Below, piece by piece: positions 10,512 through 25,851 of a DNA stretch of 64,000 nt (the stretch's first letter is position 1; each line of letters starts with the position of its first letter). Below the pieces are notes generated by a model that ran no database searches, was not told where the DNA came from, and worked only from the letters and a program-made list of their open reading frames with translations. The translations under genes and the position numbers were made by a program. The stretch is from an uncultured Nitrososphaerales archaeon (lineage in GTDB: Archaea; Thermoproteota; Nitrososphaeria; Nitrososphaerales; Nitrososphaeraceae). The stretch is taken from NCBI GenBank assembly GCA_963709405.1, contig CAVPXM010000060.1, positions 32,439-96,438 on the forward strand, written 5' to 3'.

Positions 10512-12639
10512 ATGAGTAAAAGAATAAGAGTTGGAATTGATGTCGGAGGAACATTTACTAAGGCTGTTGCATTAGACATTTCTAATTGCAGCATTATTGG
10601 TAAAGTGACTGTACCAACTACGCATGGGTCTGAGGAAGGAGTATCATCAGGCATCTTAATGGCACTCAAGACCCTCTTGAATAAGTGGAATCTGCAGCAT
10701 TGTCAAATCGAATTAATCGCTCATAGTACGACTCAAGCAGTTAATGCGTTGTTGGAGGGAGATACTGCGAAAGTTGGAATCATAGGCATGGGGGTAGGAT
10801 TAGAAAAATCTAATATCATAAGACGCACAAACATCCATAATATAAAATTAGCTTCACATAAATATCTTCAAACGTTCTATCGATTTTTAGATACCTCGAA
10901 ATATTTAGAAGAAAAGGACGTAATGTCAGCAATCGACCAGCTTAAACAGGAGGGGGCAGAGGTGCTTGTGGTAAGCGAAGCATATGGTGTGGATGACCCT
11001 AGCAACGAACTTTTCGTTATGAAAAAATCTGATATTCCATCAACTGCAGGTCATGAACTCACTGGGATCTATGGACTTGAGATCCGGACATTGACTGCTG
11101 CTATCAATGCTAGTATCTTACCGAAAGCTATGAATACAGCAAGGTTTGTTGAGTCAGCAGTACACAATGAAAACATTGTAGCTCCTATTATGTTGATGAA
11201 GGGCGATGGAGGAGTTACCGACATGCAAACATTTCGAAATAAACCCATCCTTACGATTCTCTCTGGACCGGCGAGCAAGCGTAGCAGGCGCGTTGCTCCA
11301 CCTATCAGTTCTAGATGGAATATTTATTGAAGTAGGAGGTACATCTACTAATATTTGCGTTATAAAGGGAGGCAGACCAGAAATCAACTACGTAACGATA
11401 ATGGAACATCCGACTTGTATTCGTTCACTGGATGTTAGAGTTGCTGGCGTAGCAGGGGGCTCTCTAATACGTTGGTCAGGAAGAAAAATAACCGATGTTG
11501 GTCCCCGTTCAGCACACATCGCGAATCTGCCATATTCCTGTTTTGCAAATCCTGAAGAGTTAGAGAATGGCCAGATAATTACATTTAGACCTAAGGATGG
11601 CGATCCAATTGATTACGTCGCAATAGAGACGGGTGGTTCGAATCGTTATGCTATTACTAATACTTGCGCAGCGAACGCGTTGGGATTGATTCCTGATGAA
11701 GATTACGCAAAAGGTAATCAAAGATCTGCTAATATCGCCTTATCAATACTAGCTCGGAGGATGGGCATGGAGATGAAAGATGTGGCAGAGTCAATCCTCG
11801 AGATTTCGGCCAAAAAAATCATCAGGATAATGGAACCCATGTTAAGAGCATACAATCTGAAATCAGATAGTATTTCGTTAGTTGGCGGGGGTGGCGGTGC
11901 ATCTGTTCTAGTCCCATATTTAGCTCGAAAACTTCGATTACCGTTTCAAATTGCAGAAAACGCAGAGGTAATATCATCCATAGGGGTTGCTTCAGCCATG
12001 ATCAGGGAAGAACGTGAAAGAACTATAAATAATCCTAATTCCAGTGATGTTACTTCGTTAGCTGAAGAAGTGAAAAAGTTAGCGCTTGATAGAGGGGTTT
12101 CCCCTGAATCGCTTGTTATCGAATCAGAATTTATTAGTGAAAGATCCGTACTGCGTGCGATTGCTACGGGTAATGTGATTCTAGACATTGGTTCATCAAA
12201 TACAGAAGAAATCGATGAAGAACAGGCCCGAATATTAGCATGTGAGTTATTTGGTATTAATCAAGGCGTCCAAAAGATATATGACATGAAGAATTATCAC
12301 GTCTTTGCCTGCGAAATCAACAAAAAAAAGTTGTTCCTAAAATCGAAAAGGAGACCTGCTCTAGTGCTTGATAACCATGGCCGTGTAAAATTGTCAATAG
12401 ATAACGCCTCTATTTTTAATGGAAGTCCCAAGGATGTCGCTGATAAAATAGAGAGTTTACTTGAACAATCACAAGAACCGGCAAATGATGGAAAACTAGC
12501 TCCTCAGGTTCATCTACTGGATGGCACCAAAATTGTCGATTTCTCAAGTTTAACTTCCAGAGATCACGTGTCAAAGGCGATACGAGATGAATTAGATAAA
12601 TCTACCAGTATTCAGGTTGTAGCCATTATAAAGCTATAG
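10512..12639 (+). CDS. Hydantoinase A/5-oxoprolinase family protein (frameshift near 11275)
   Basis: VGIDVGGTFTKAV, HSTTQAVNALLEG, LSGPAS/VAGA, EVGGTSTN, VGPRSA across ORFs 10512..11330 and 11206..12639. Confidence 0.88.
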
Positions 12640-13011
12640 AGATTTACGCTCCATGCAACATAATTATTGAATGTTCTGGTTCATGTGTTCTGTATACATT
12701 GTTTGCCACCATATATAGTAGCTAGATATCTTTCTTTTTCCATTCATCTTCTGGGTCTTTGATTTTAACTACAATATTTGATATGTATTGGTGAGTTTTG
12801 GCCAATAATTTTCTGTAACAACCATGATAGGCGTTCGATCAAATACGAGGTGGAAATGGTATGTGAATTTAGAGTTATGTATTCACCTAAATAGAACCAC
12901 TTTAGTAAAGATATAATCATATAGACTATGCCTTAATTGGTCTGTAATTACTCTTAAATTAACTATACCCCTGAATCGTTAGACAGATATAATCACGAGT
13001 GCAATGTCACA

Positions 13012-13852
13012 ATGTCATTAATGCCAAGATTATTTGACCCCCATATCCATATGTATTCTAGAACAACCGATGATTACGAGGCGATGTCAAGAGCTGGAAT
13101 CGAAATAATAGTTCAGCCTTCATTTTGGCTCGGAAGTCCCAGAAGATTTGTTGGAACCTTTGAAGACTACTGGGAGAACATGATATCATTCGAACCAAAG
13201 AGAGCCAAGGAATTTGGGATCGAACATTATGTATGCATATCTGTCAATCCGAAAGAAGCTGCCGAGAGACCTCTTGCCATTGATGCAGTTGAGGCAATGG
13301 TGAAAAAAGGTTACCTTGAAAGAGATAGAGTAGTAGCAGTTGGCGAAATAGGCTATGATCAAATAAATGAATTAGAAGAAGAAATTTTTATCAAGCAATT
13401 GGATATAGCGTCTGAAAGAGACATGCTAATGACGATTCATCTTCCACATAAGAACAAGTTAAAAGGCATACAAAGCATAGAGCGAATCATGAATGTTAAC
13501 TCAGACAGTAACAAAGTAAAATACAACACCAGGAAAATGCTTATAGACCACAATGTAGAAGAGACTATCGAAAAAACGCTGGAAATGGGAATGTGGGCTG
13601 GCCTATCTGTTTATCCCGTCACAAAATTGTCCCCCGATAGGGCTATTGAAATATTGAAGAAATACGGAACAGAACATGTGATGGTTCATAGTGCAGACTG
13701 ATTGGGGCCGATCCGAACCTCTAAGTGTTCCGATTGTGGCCCGAGAAATGAGGAAATCTGGCGAATTTAGTGAGAATGAGATTGAAAAGGTTACATTTTC
13801 TAATGCACTAGAATTCTTCAAGCAATCACCAAAATTTACCTGGAGGCCATGA
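13012..13852 (+). CDS. TatD-family metal-dependent TIM-barrel hydrolase (EboB-like; frameshift near 13700)
   Basis: DPHIHMYSRTTDDY, VGEIGYD, IHLPH, IDHN; continues in a shifted frame as DWGRSEPLSVP...FSNALEFFKQSPKFTWRP to TGA 13852. Confidence 0.85.
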
Positions 13853-15039
13853 GGACATTTTCGATGGATGCAGAATAACGATCCGATGATGTGACAGCGA
13901 CAGCATCAAAAAGGAATATTATGAAAGCGCTCTGTATGGTTATTTAGTAGCCCGGCTTAAGTAGGCGTTACTTTCAAATTTCTTAGAGTTGCAATCGTGG
14001 CTTAAAGTTATCATATGTGTACCTCTTAATTGCGTTGTGTCTATCAAATCACTGCGGAGTTGATCTTTTGTCTAGTCAAGTTACCATAAAATGCGTGTAA
14101 TTCCGTCGTTAAATCTCCGACAAACCTAGAATAAATTTTAAGGTACGATTCCTATGAAAACTATGAAAACGCGAATTGGATTAGTCTATACATTATCGGT
14201 TGAAACTGATTTGTCATATCTAGATATAACATGGTATACATCTACAAGACTAACCCAGATGAGAAGAAATTCGTCAACGAGCTTGAAAGCGTTTCTCCAA
14301 TTCTGCAGGTATTAGAAAACGATAAGTTTTAGAACATTCGATGAGCGGTACCGTATGTAAGCACAGAATTACTCAGATACTTTCAGAAATTACAGAAGTA
14401 TTTCTCCGCTTAATAATGGTCTCAGATGCAATACGATGATAGTAGAATAATAGACCTGTCTTATCAAATTAATACCGTATTAGGTTCTGCGCAAATGTAC
14501 TTGTCATGATTAGCTTGCACTGCTCTTGTATTCAGATCTATGTACTCATCGTTTGGCAGCATTTATTTTAGAATACTAAAAAGCGTGACTTTAATGATCA
14601 TTAGCAATTTAATTCAAGTATATAATACCAAATTACCCTTCCAGGTCTATTTGATTTGATATCTGATGTAGTTAGCTTTTATGATACAATAACCAAAAAA
14701 AGAAGTGACTATCGGTTCATATGCCAATCATAATCAATGAGCTTTATCGTCTTTCCTAATGAGCCAAAATCTCATTTGTGACTGTCATTCCCAATGATAC
14801 TTGAATTTGTCTATGACAGATGCCTTTGTAGCGTATCCACGCAGAAGAACAGATGATCGTTCTGGGGACTTAGAAACGGATTTGTGATTTCGATGCTTAA
14901 TATGTTGTATACTGCTCATTACGCATTATTGTACGCGGACAATGCAGATAATGGAGCTTTTTAGGCTATGGATCATGCAAATCTGAAGCTAATTTAAATG
15001 GTAAAGTATTAACGAGACGTATTGCAATTGAGTTGCTAG

Positions 15040-17370
<2,331 letters not shown>

Positions 17371-17596
17371 ACATTTTCTCAAACAGGAATAGTCAATCAG
17401 AATCAAATCCCTTGTTACTGGTGAACGCCGAACAATCTTCCGAATCAAAGTCAGCGTCAGAAAGATTGTCGACTGCATATTTCGTCTAGTTCTTTGCGAT
17501 TCAAGAATCTCAGTATTAAAAGATTTTTATTATTTATGGTTCACAACCATTAGTTCATTTCAAGGATAAGTATGAATTTAGTAGTCTTCACCGCAT

Positions 17597-18142
17597 TCAC
17601 CGCCACTCTTCGATTTCAGTTATTCGTTTAATTTTCTCAAGCCACGACCCGTTTAGCTCTTTGGTGACTGATCCTTCCGAACGTTTAAGATCCAATCCTT
17701 TTGGCTTATCTGTTCTTACTGTGTTATCATTTGTCAATTGTTTAAATTCACCTGACAATGACTCATCTGTATCAGATGGCACTTGTTGCATTTCTCTTGA
17801 GCCTTCAGTAATTAAGTTCTCATCTTGTCTAAAGTGCCCCGACCTAACTTCAGAAGCCTCGTCTACTTTAAGGTTAGGCGATTGGTTATTTTCAGCACCA
17901 TTCTCTTCTGCCTGCATTCCTAAATTTCTTGTATCTTCCATATCTCGCACCACAGCTACTACATTTTCTCTATTACTTGTAATGCTATAGCCCAGACACT
18001 CTTTGATTAATGAGACTTGTCCTAATATTTGGCCCTTGCCACAATCCGTGAAACCATTTGCTTGCAAGAAATTCATATATTTTATTAATACATTACATTC
18101 TGAAAGTTTTACTTTTGCTTCTTCTGTTGAAATTATGCCCAT
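17597..18142 (-). CDS. Hypothetical protein with acidic disordered centre
   Basis: 181-aa ATG ORF with a TTTAAAA TATA-like box upstream. Confidence 0.65.
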   Translation of the reverse strand: MGIISTEEAKVKLSECNVLIKYMNFLQANGFTDCGKGQILGQVSLIKECLGYSITSNRENVVAVVRDMEDTRNLGMQAEENGAENNQSPNLKVDEASEVRSGHFRQDENLITEGSREMQQVPSDTDESLSGEFKQLTNDNTVRTDKPKGLDLKRSEGSVTKELNGSWLEKIKRITEIEEWR

Positions 18143-19086
18143 ATGCTCAAGATGGATATCACATTTTTTTTAAATCTATTATAGTATAATCATTTTGCTA
18201 AATTGTATCTAAAAAGCTGATGTACCAATAATTGGACGAATATATTGCCCATTCAAATTAAGCACCAGTTGTAGAACAAGATGAGAGTAGGAGCTTGCCG
18301 GTATGTACATCGTACGTTTGTAAAAATCCGAATGACGAAACGTTCGTATAGATAGATAATTAATGGTATAAAGATTTTGACAGTAGGCAGATAAAAATTC
18401 TCTCTTGTTTTGATCGTTATTATCACAATCAACTAGCATGTTAAGGCAATATGATAGTTATGAATATGTAGTCCAGAACAAGCACAAAAATTACATCACA
18501 TAAGTAGTGGAATATTTAGACCAATGGTTACTCAAATGTCATGATATAGTTGTATGATGAATGACCGTAGCTATTTGAATAATATGCCACCTGCTATCGA
18601 CCCCGGATAAGGTGCGTCGGCTAACGATAAGGCATCCAATAGCATTCTACCTAAATGCAGGCAATAGATCCAAGCAGCTGAATATCACAAACATTCTACA
18701 CTCTCTCTGATTTTTGTGAAATTTACTTTACCATAGCTGGATACCTAAGCATAATGGTCAGTGACTATTCTTGTTTGTCATAAATAAGATAACAAACTTT
18801 GGAGGATTGAATCGACGGTTTAGGAAGAATCAATTAGCCATTATATGAATAATTAAAACACATAGAAATCTAGCTTCAGAGATTATTCTCAAGGTATCAT
18901 GCCGAAATGAGATCTCGAAACTCAACGAATTGATAATTGTGCTGACTAATAGTAGTGTTGAAGCCATTTCAATCTTGATAAATGGATCGTGTATTTTTTG
19001 AACCTAAATATTATGTTAAAATTCAAACCCTATGATGATTTAGCAGAAATCTTTTATAGTATAAACTTCTATTTTTTACTTTACTA

Positions 19087-19329
19087 ATGAGCTTACTGGA
19101 AATAGACGGTGGTATCAAGGGTGATAGTAACAGAGAGTCTTGTGCTAGAGATCCTCGAAAAGCAAGTTTCCGGGAAATGCATTTTTTAGTTTGTAATCTG
19201 TGTTTTTGGTGTGCTACCTCATGGATGAATTTAGACGAGCTTCATATTATTGGGTGTCCTTCATGCGGTAGTGAAAGCATATTCGAATCGATGCCAATAT
19301 TTGATAGCGAGATTTCGAAGATGACGTAA
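19087..19329 (+). CDS. Small zinc-ribbon-like protein
   Basis: CNLCFWC...CPSCGS Cys pattern. Confidence 0.7.
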   Translation: MSLLEIDGGIKGDSNRESCARDPRKASFREMHFLVCNLCFWCATSWMNLDELHIIGCPSCGSESIFESMPIFDSEISKMT

Positions 19330-19404
19330 TCACGGGGTCTGGACTAGAGAATCTTTGCACCACAGTATCACACAATTTGTGCTGCTGCAATTGATGTTTG
19401 TTAA

Positions 19405-20487
19405 TCAGATTTTATTAGTTACAAACAATTCTATCAACAATTCTTTTAGCTTGCCGATATTAAATCCAGATTTAGCCGATACTGCCATGGTACGTTCTCT
19501 GTTTATCATATCCAATTTATCGATCTTTTCTGACACGCTTTCTAATCCATTGCTTAAATCCGTCTTGTTTAAAACATAAAAGACCTTGCTAACTGGAACT
19601 CCAAGTTCGTTTAACACGCGGATAGAACTATCGTATTTTCTTTTGACTGCCTCGATAGGATCGCTTATATCCAAAACGAGCAATATGAGTGAGGCATACG
19701 TAAGTTCATTTAGTGTAGACCTAAATGCATCAATCATATATGCAGGTAGCTTGCTTATGAATCCTACTGTGTCAGATAATAGGAATTTTACATTTTGTAC
19801 ACATATGGCTCTAGTATAAGTAGACAATGTAATAAACATCTTCTGTCCTACATCTTTGGACTCGCCTGTTAAAGCATTGAACAGCGTAGTTTTACCTGCA
19901 GAAGTATAACCTGCAATCGATATCGTTTTAAGACCTAACTTCGACCTTTGGTTCCTATACAACTTTCTCCTCCTTTCTTCCCTTTCTAATTTCTTTTTCA
20001 AAAGTGTGGCATGATGTCTAATATCCAAGAAAAAAACGTCAGCATCATATTTGCCCATACCAAAGAAGCCAGGTTGTTCACCCTTTTTGGCAAGTCTGAC
20101 TTTGTCTCGAGCCCTTACCATATCATATCGCAATTGAGCGAGCTTTATCTGAATCCTTGATTCGTTACTACTTGCTCTCAATTCGAAGATCTTTAAAATC
20201 AAACGTTCTCTATCAATCGTTTCGACTTTGCAAAGCCTAGATAGATTATATTGTTGAGTTGGTTTTAACACTTCATCGAATATAATCACGTCAATTTTCA
20301 TGTGATCAACCAGGTCTTTGATTTCCTGTGCCTTTCCACGTCCGACACCATATTTTGAATGAGTGATATCCTTCTGAGTCACTATTTTCTCAACTGAATA
20401 TCCAGCAGTATCAGCCAGGGATTTTGCTTCAGCAATAGCATTGTTCTCTGGGTATGTGACCAGTAGCGTCCTTATTGAACGTGGCAT
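19405..20487 (-). CDS. hflX: Ribosome-associated GTPase HflX
   Basis: GRGKAQE, IDRERLILKIF, AGYTSAGKTTLFNALT, DTVGFI, NKTD, VSAK. Confidence 0.95.
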   Translation of the reverse strand: MPRSIRTLLVTYPENNAIAEAKSLADTAGYSVEKIVTQKDITHSKYGVGRGKAQEIKDLVDHMKIDVIIFDEVLKPTQQYNLSRLCKVETIDRERLILKIFELRASSNESRIQIKLAQLRYDMVRARDKVRLAKKGEQPGFFGMGKYDADVFFLDIRHHATLLKKKLEREERRRKLYRNQRSKLGLKTISIAGYTSAGKTTLFNALTGESKDVGQKMFITLSTYTRAICVQNVKFLLSDTVGFISKLPAYMIDAFRSTLNELTYASLILLVLDISDPIEAVKRKYDSSIRVLNELGVPVSKVFYVLNKTDLSNGLESVSEKIDKLDMINRERTMAVSAKSGFNIGKLKELLIELFVTNKI

Positions 20488-20924
20488 TTATTGAAATATT
20501 TAAGATTAGGTATAACTATGTTTCTGGTTTGCCTTCCTAGACAATCCTGATTTGCAGGATAAAATCGAATAGAGTAGGTTTGAAAATCCTACTGATTTGC
20601 TCCAATGCTCCTTTAGTTAGAGTAATGCTCATTTATGGATTAGAAACGAAATCCTATTGTGGAACGTGTTTCTCTGATTTAGTAACCGATATTATATCAA
20701 GGACTTTGGAATTGTATAAATAAAAATATAGTCGATATCTAATGATTGGGATGCTACTATCTTATTGAATATAATGAACATACTACAAGAAATCGTATAT
20801 CACCAAATTAATTTAGATTGAGAATATAGCAAATTAAAAAATTTGTTGGCTGATATTTAATGCAATTTAGAACTGAAGAATCAAATTATTTCAAAATTGA
20901 AAAGGCCAACTTTGTTCGATGTAT

Positions 20925-21197
20925 TTATCTTGAAACAATGGTATTTGTCATGGAAACAACTTCATTCAATCCATAATATATATTTAGGAACCGGTCTCCT
21001 TTTTCTGTAGTTTTGTATGTACGTCGAAAGTCGTCATAAACTAGTAACTCATTTTGACGTAAAAGTACCAAGTAGCTTTTCAAATGATGGTATGACAAAT
21101 ATGCCGTATACATTATTCTTTTCTGGGTCGCACCATTGGTTTCACTGGCGTTTTGTAAAATCAGCGCAATTATTTCTAACCTATTCCTATGCTTCAT
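20925..21197 (-). CDS. Winged-helix transcriptional regulator (COG3432-like)
   Basis: RNRLEIIALILQ...IMYTAYLSY...YKTTEKGDRFL. Confidence 0.85.
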   Translation of the reverse strand: MKHRNRLEIIALILQNASETNGATQKRIMYTAYLSYHHLKSYLVLLRQNELLVYDDFRRTYKTTEKGDRFLNIYYGLNEVVSMTNTIVSR

Positions 21198-21300
21198 TAT
21201 ATCAACATGATTACTAACTTAAAATAAAAACTACGCTGTTGAGTATTATAGTAATATTTTTTTATTCATGTGATGAAATCTTTCAATATATATTTTTAAT

Positions 21301-21323
21301 ATTATATCATATAATGATATAAT
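21301..21323. promoter_or_regulatory. 9-bp inverted repeat upstream of the wHTH gene (possible autoregulatory operator)
   Basis: ATTATATCA-TATAA-TGATATAAT; AT-rich, so chance occurrence is possible. Confidence 0.35.
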
Positions 21324-21772
21324 TCGGAACGTACATAGAGTCGATTCCGCTGTAATACTTGGAGATGCATCATCATGAGAGGCAGGTTCACAACTCATCC
21401 GATTGCCAATCATACTATGCAAAAGCGACTACAATGCCCTAAAAGCTTTCAGAGTTGAACATTCCAATTCATTTGAACGAACAAAATATCCCTAAAAATT
21501 GCAGTACTATGGAATATCTGTAACTTTTGGGCTTGTTTTTAGTTGCGCTTCCAAAAGACGCTAATATCTATTGACAGTGCACTACTCCAGAAGTTCGATA
21601 TAGATAGATAGATGACATGATGTGATCAAGATTGACTATGGCAACATTTAATGCTATTCCATATTATCGATCAATGAATATGGAAGAGTGGAGATACATT
21701 AAATAATCTATGGCAATGTTATTTTGATGCAATACGTCTCCAAAGCTCAAGATATTATTAATTTTTGGAATT

Positions 21773-22495
21773 ATGGCCATTTTTGGACTTGGTGTGAGCA
21801 TTGCCATTATTGCCATTGGCGGTGGTTTTGCTAGTCCAGTCTCCATTTTTAAGCCACCCACAAGTGCTAATTTGTGGATAATAGGTAAAACAATTCATCC
21901 AGGAACTACTTTGAACTATTCATTGACGAGAATAGGTGGTCATGCCTCTCCGTGGAGCAGTCTAGGAGAACATAGCTCGCTTCTAAATTCGACTGTATCG
22001 ATGAAGTTTGTGCAGGATAGATCCGATAAAAATAGCCAGAATCTTTGGAAGGTATTATTATCCGTAGCTAATGATACGAATGCAAAAAATATGTCAAGTT
22101 TAAGAAATAAAACTGATGGAATAGTCTTAATGTCAAAGCAACAGTTAACCAATGCCGGACCAATAACTGCCCATTTTTCACCATACTATGAACCAGTAGA
22201 ATCTTCGATCTTGGAAATCAGAGATATTGCATTACAGCCTGAATATCTAGTTGTGGGTGCGGAATGGAATTCAATATCTACGGATGTAAATACAATTCCC
22301 GTAAAAGTGACGGCCCAGGAAAATATACATACTAATGCAGGGACATTTAACGCTTATGTATTAAGCTATACCTTAGGTCCCAAAACTAGCCGTATTTGGA
22401 TATCTCCTGAACTTCCTTTGCCAATAAGAGCTGAGGTATTTAATAGCCAAGGTCAGCTTCAATACAAGTACGATCTGACTTCCTTTAAAAAATAA
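21773..22495 (+). CDS. Secreted/membrane-anchored hypothetical beta-rich protein
   Basis: N-terminal hydrophobic segment; TNAGTFNAY...RIWISPELPLPIRAEV C-terminal pattern. Confidence 0.7.
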   Translation: MAIFGLGVSIAIIAIGGGFASPVSIFKPPTSANLWIIGKTIHPGTTLNYSLTRIGGHASPWSSLGEHSSLLNSTVSMKFVQDRSDKNSQNLWKVLLSVANDTNAKNMSSLRNKTDGIVLMSKQQLTNAGPITAHFSPYYEPVESSILEIRDIALQPEYLVVGAEWNSISTDVNTIPVKVTAQENIHTNAGTFNAYVLSYTLGPKTSRIWISPELPLPIRAEVFNSQGQLQYKYDLTSFKK

Positions 22496-22882
22496 TTGAA
22501 ATTTATTGATACATTAACCGAGAATGTTATATCATCGTCAAACTATTTCCATTGCACATGCTGTCAGGTGATGGTTTTATATCCGTTTATTAGGGGTCTT
22601 TAGAAACCTTCAATCTTAATCAACCTATTTCTTTTGAGAAGATATTTGACGTACATTCCTTAGCATACTCCTAATTATTTATTACGAAATGACAAGCAAT
22701 CATAACATGGCCTTTTATGAAGCCTGGGATATAGTTTATGAATTGTGTAATGACCTGGCATATCTGCAAAATAATGCCTCAGGTTAAAAATAATTGTTAT
22801 ATATTAGTTTGACAATTGTCTGATTGAACTGCTAACGTTAACTAGAGATCTTTCATCAGAAAAGAAAGGATATAATAGACGC

Positions 22883-23110
22883 TTGTCAGGACTTAGCGCA
22901 GCGGTTTACGTTTTGGATTGCTTATACAAAGGCCAAAGTGAAAGTCAAATTATGCAGAATATGGGCTGGAATGAGCAGGTAATTTCATCATGGATGAAGT
23001 TTCTTACAGATAATAGATGGATCGAAAAAGAGAATTTCTATGGGTCTAAATGGACAGTGTCTGACAATGGTAAGCTTTGGATCAAAAGGTATGGGTTTTC
23101 AATTAGGTGA
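22883..23110 (+). CDS. Small wHTH-like hypothetical protein
   Basis: WMKFLTDNRWIE...WTVSDNGKLWI resembles a wing-helix C-terminus. Confidence 0.55.
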   Translation: MSGLSAAVYVLDCLYKGQSESQIMQNMGWNEQVISSWMKFLTDNRWIEKENFYGSKWTVSDNGKLWIKRYGFSIR

Positions 23111-23347
23111 TCGACCCGATTTCATTATCTAATATCTTGATTGGTCATGGTCAGCAATAGGTCAATATAACAAGTGTGGCCAGTTTAATACGGATCATGT
23201 TCATTGATCACGGAATATTATAATACTTTAAAATTTTAGAAAAAATACGATAATATTCAGGAATTCTTATTGATGAAATATCGGTACAACATAATAAAAG
23301 AGGATACATTTAGACTTCTGCATTCTCCTGCGATTGCTACATTCACA

Positions 23348-24929
23348 CTATCTCATGTTCTTTACATAAAGCAATGGTTCGCTTGTCGAGTAAGAGGGAC
23401 CACTAAAATATCCATGACCATCACTATCGCAGGCAGTGGAGGCTTTTGACGCGAAATTTATAAGTGAATTCTTCACCTCAGCTGGTGAGGCATTAGGATG
23501 AGATGCCTTGTAAAGCGCAGCTGCTCCCGCAACATGAGGAGCTGCCATGCTAGTCCCACTTAACGTGGTGTAGGAGCCACCAGTATAAGTTGAAAGGATA
23601 TTCACTCCAGGGGCAGCAATTGTTATCTTGGGTCCGTAATCGCTAAACGTAGCGAATGTATCATCGTTGCCATACTGTGTAGGTTGACCGAGTCCGCCAC
23701 ACTTGCCATCGCTGTCGGCAATGGCAGAAACAGCAATTACATTAGGGTTGGATGCCGGAGAAAAGTTTGATGCATCTGCCCCACTATTTCCAGCAGCAGC
23801 CACAAAGGTTATTCCAGCGGACACGGCGCTATTAATGGCTGCATTAAGCGCAGAAGAATCGCACCGGCAACCAAAACTCAAATTTACAACATCGATTTCA
23901 TTGGCGTGTTGTGTTATGTAGTCTATCCCTGCTATAACATCTGACATTGCACCTGCTCCACTACTGTCTAAGACCTTAACGGCCCAAAGTCTTGCACCTG
24001 GAGCTACACCTACCACACCAATTGAATTGTCTTTCGCAGCTGCAATTCCAGCCACGTGTGTGCCATGACCATTATCATCATTAGCTGAGGAAGTCCCAGC
24101 GACAAATGTCTTTTGGGCATAAACGTTCAGGTCAGGATGGGTCAAGTCTATGCCACTGTCCAAAATTGCGATATCTGCATTCACCGAGTTGCCCCCTCCT
24201 GTGCCCCCAGACTGTGTGGCAGATTTAGCAACGTTAGAATTTAATGGACCTGCTCCTATTCTCTCTACACCAGTTGGCACAACTTGAGAAAACATGTGTA
24301 CTTCTTGATCCCGTTCCACGTACGCGACTCTAGGATCATCCTTTAGACTCGTTAAGAGGTTTGAATTATCTTCTACCTTTACGGTATATCCACTAAGAGC
24401 ATTATGATAAATATTAAGAATTTCTGCACCTTTACTCCTCATCTCATTAGCCATTGTTCTTATTTCATTACCGTTTGGAATGTCGGATCTTCCCGAAGTC
24501 GACAGAGTGTTGGCCTCTTGCTTAAGAACTACAATGTATTGACCTCCTATTGCCTGACGTGCTTCTTTTTGCAAGGCGAGCCTCGACGAGATAGAATTAT
24601 CTGTAATATCTGCAGTATTTAAAACTGGATCTTGTTTGCTGCCTGCTCAATATTTTTCCAAAATTGGGAATCGTGTAAGGCACATCACTTTGTACCATTG
24701 GCGTAATAGAGCTTTGTGAAAACGGCGAATGATCAGCAAAGACTGATGACGAGGAAAACGAAGGAGAGTTACTCAAAGAATTCGTGATCTCAAGTCGATT
24801 TTCCCGAAATTGGTCCTGCAAAGCGAAGGCAGAATTGTTCCTATAATGACCTATCATACTAAAAGATGCTGAGAATAAAGAGACTGCCAAGGCAAAAAAA
24901 AGTGCAATCTTCCTAATATTAATTTCCAT
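23348..24929 (-). CDS. Secreted subtilisin-family (S8) serine peptidase with I9 propeptide (N-terminus frameshifted)
   Basis: Catalytic motifs ILDSGID, HGTHVAG, SGTSMAAPHVAG; QYIVVLK propeptide; signal peptide in ORF 24597..24929. Confidence 0.92.
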
Positions 24930-25474
24930 TCGTATTTATGCACAGCTAATCTGTATAAATGAAATATGACGAATAGTACCTGTTATTTTCTAGACATCAA
25001 TTCTATCCTATAAAAATAGATTTTTTCTAACATAAATAAGGGCATGCATATCGCAGTCCCTAACGAAATCACTTCTATCAATTTATTAGCTACTAATCAG
25101 CTTGATAAAAGATATATGGATCGGTTTTTGGTTGTGGGTTATAAGACACATATTGTCATTTGCTCGGAGAAATGGCGAATGGGGCCATCTAGAACTAGAA
25201 AATGGTTTATGTAACACCAGACCACCAACTCTATATATTGCAGAAAGTGTCGCACAGGATAGGCGATGAAACTAGTTAACTATTTCAAAAATTCTTGCAG
25301 CGCCAGAATACATCTTTCAAAAGACTATCTTATTTGTCATCGCTATTTCAAACAATGCTCCATGATATCACAGTAATCTAAAATTATGAATTTGTGACCA
25401 CATGATTTTTCATTTGTATAGCGTGGAGCAGATTTGCCTACTTAAAATAGACTAAAGTGGAGTCTAGTCTAAGT

Positions 25475-25807
25475 TCACCTCTTTATAAGCTGTAATGCCA
25501 AACCCTGCTGATTTAAGTTAACCTCTAACGACTTTATCTGACTCCGATAATAAAGGATTTTCTTACCTTTACTATCAAATCTAATTTTTTCAATTGAAAT
25601 TAGACCAGTATTGTATAATTTTTGAATTTTTCTATATGTGGAACTCAAAGGCAACTTGTATTCAGAGCAGATTTCAGACGCCGTTTTCGATGAATTCATA
25701 GTAGATGAGATTATACTATAAGTGACCTTATCAGCTATCTCTCTTAACATACGAAGGACATTAGGGTCGTCATATGGAGAATGGTTAGTTTGGTCAATCA
25801 TGTTCAT
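25475..25807 (-). CDS. ArsR-like winged-helix transcriptional regulator
   Basis: KTASEICSEYKLPLSSTYRKIQKLYNTGLI...GKKILYYRS. Confidence 0.85.
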   Translation of the reverse strand: MNMIDQTNHSPYDDPNVLRMLREIADKVTYSIISSTMNSSKTASEICSEYKLPLSSTYRKIQKLYNTGLISIEKIRFDSKGKKILYYRSQIKSLEVNLNQQGLALQLIKR

Positions 25808-25813
25808 ATCTAG

Positions 25814-25851
25814 TTAGGCTACACTAATTAGGTATACCTAATATTTAAACG
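25814..25851 (-). promoter_or_regulatory. TATA box plus two tandem TTAGG-N4-CCTAA operators
   Basis: TTAGGCTACACTAA (25814-27), TTAGGTATACCTAA (25828-41), then TATTTAAACG. Confidence 0.75.

Noticed and set aside
20506-20519. TTAGGTATAACTAT near the hflX promoter as a fourth DtxR-like box
   Set aside because: Two mismatches in one arm, and it lies upstream of the TATA box, unlike the other three promoters.
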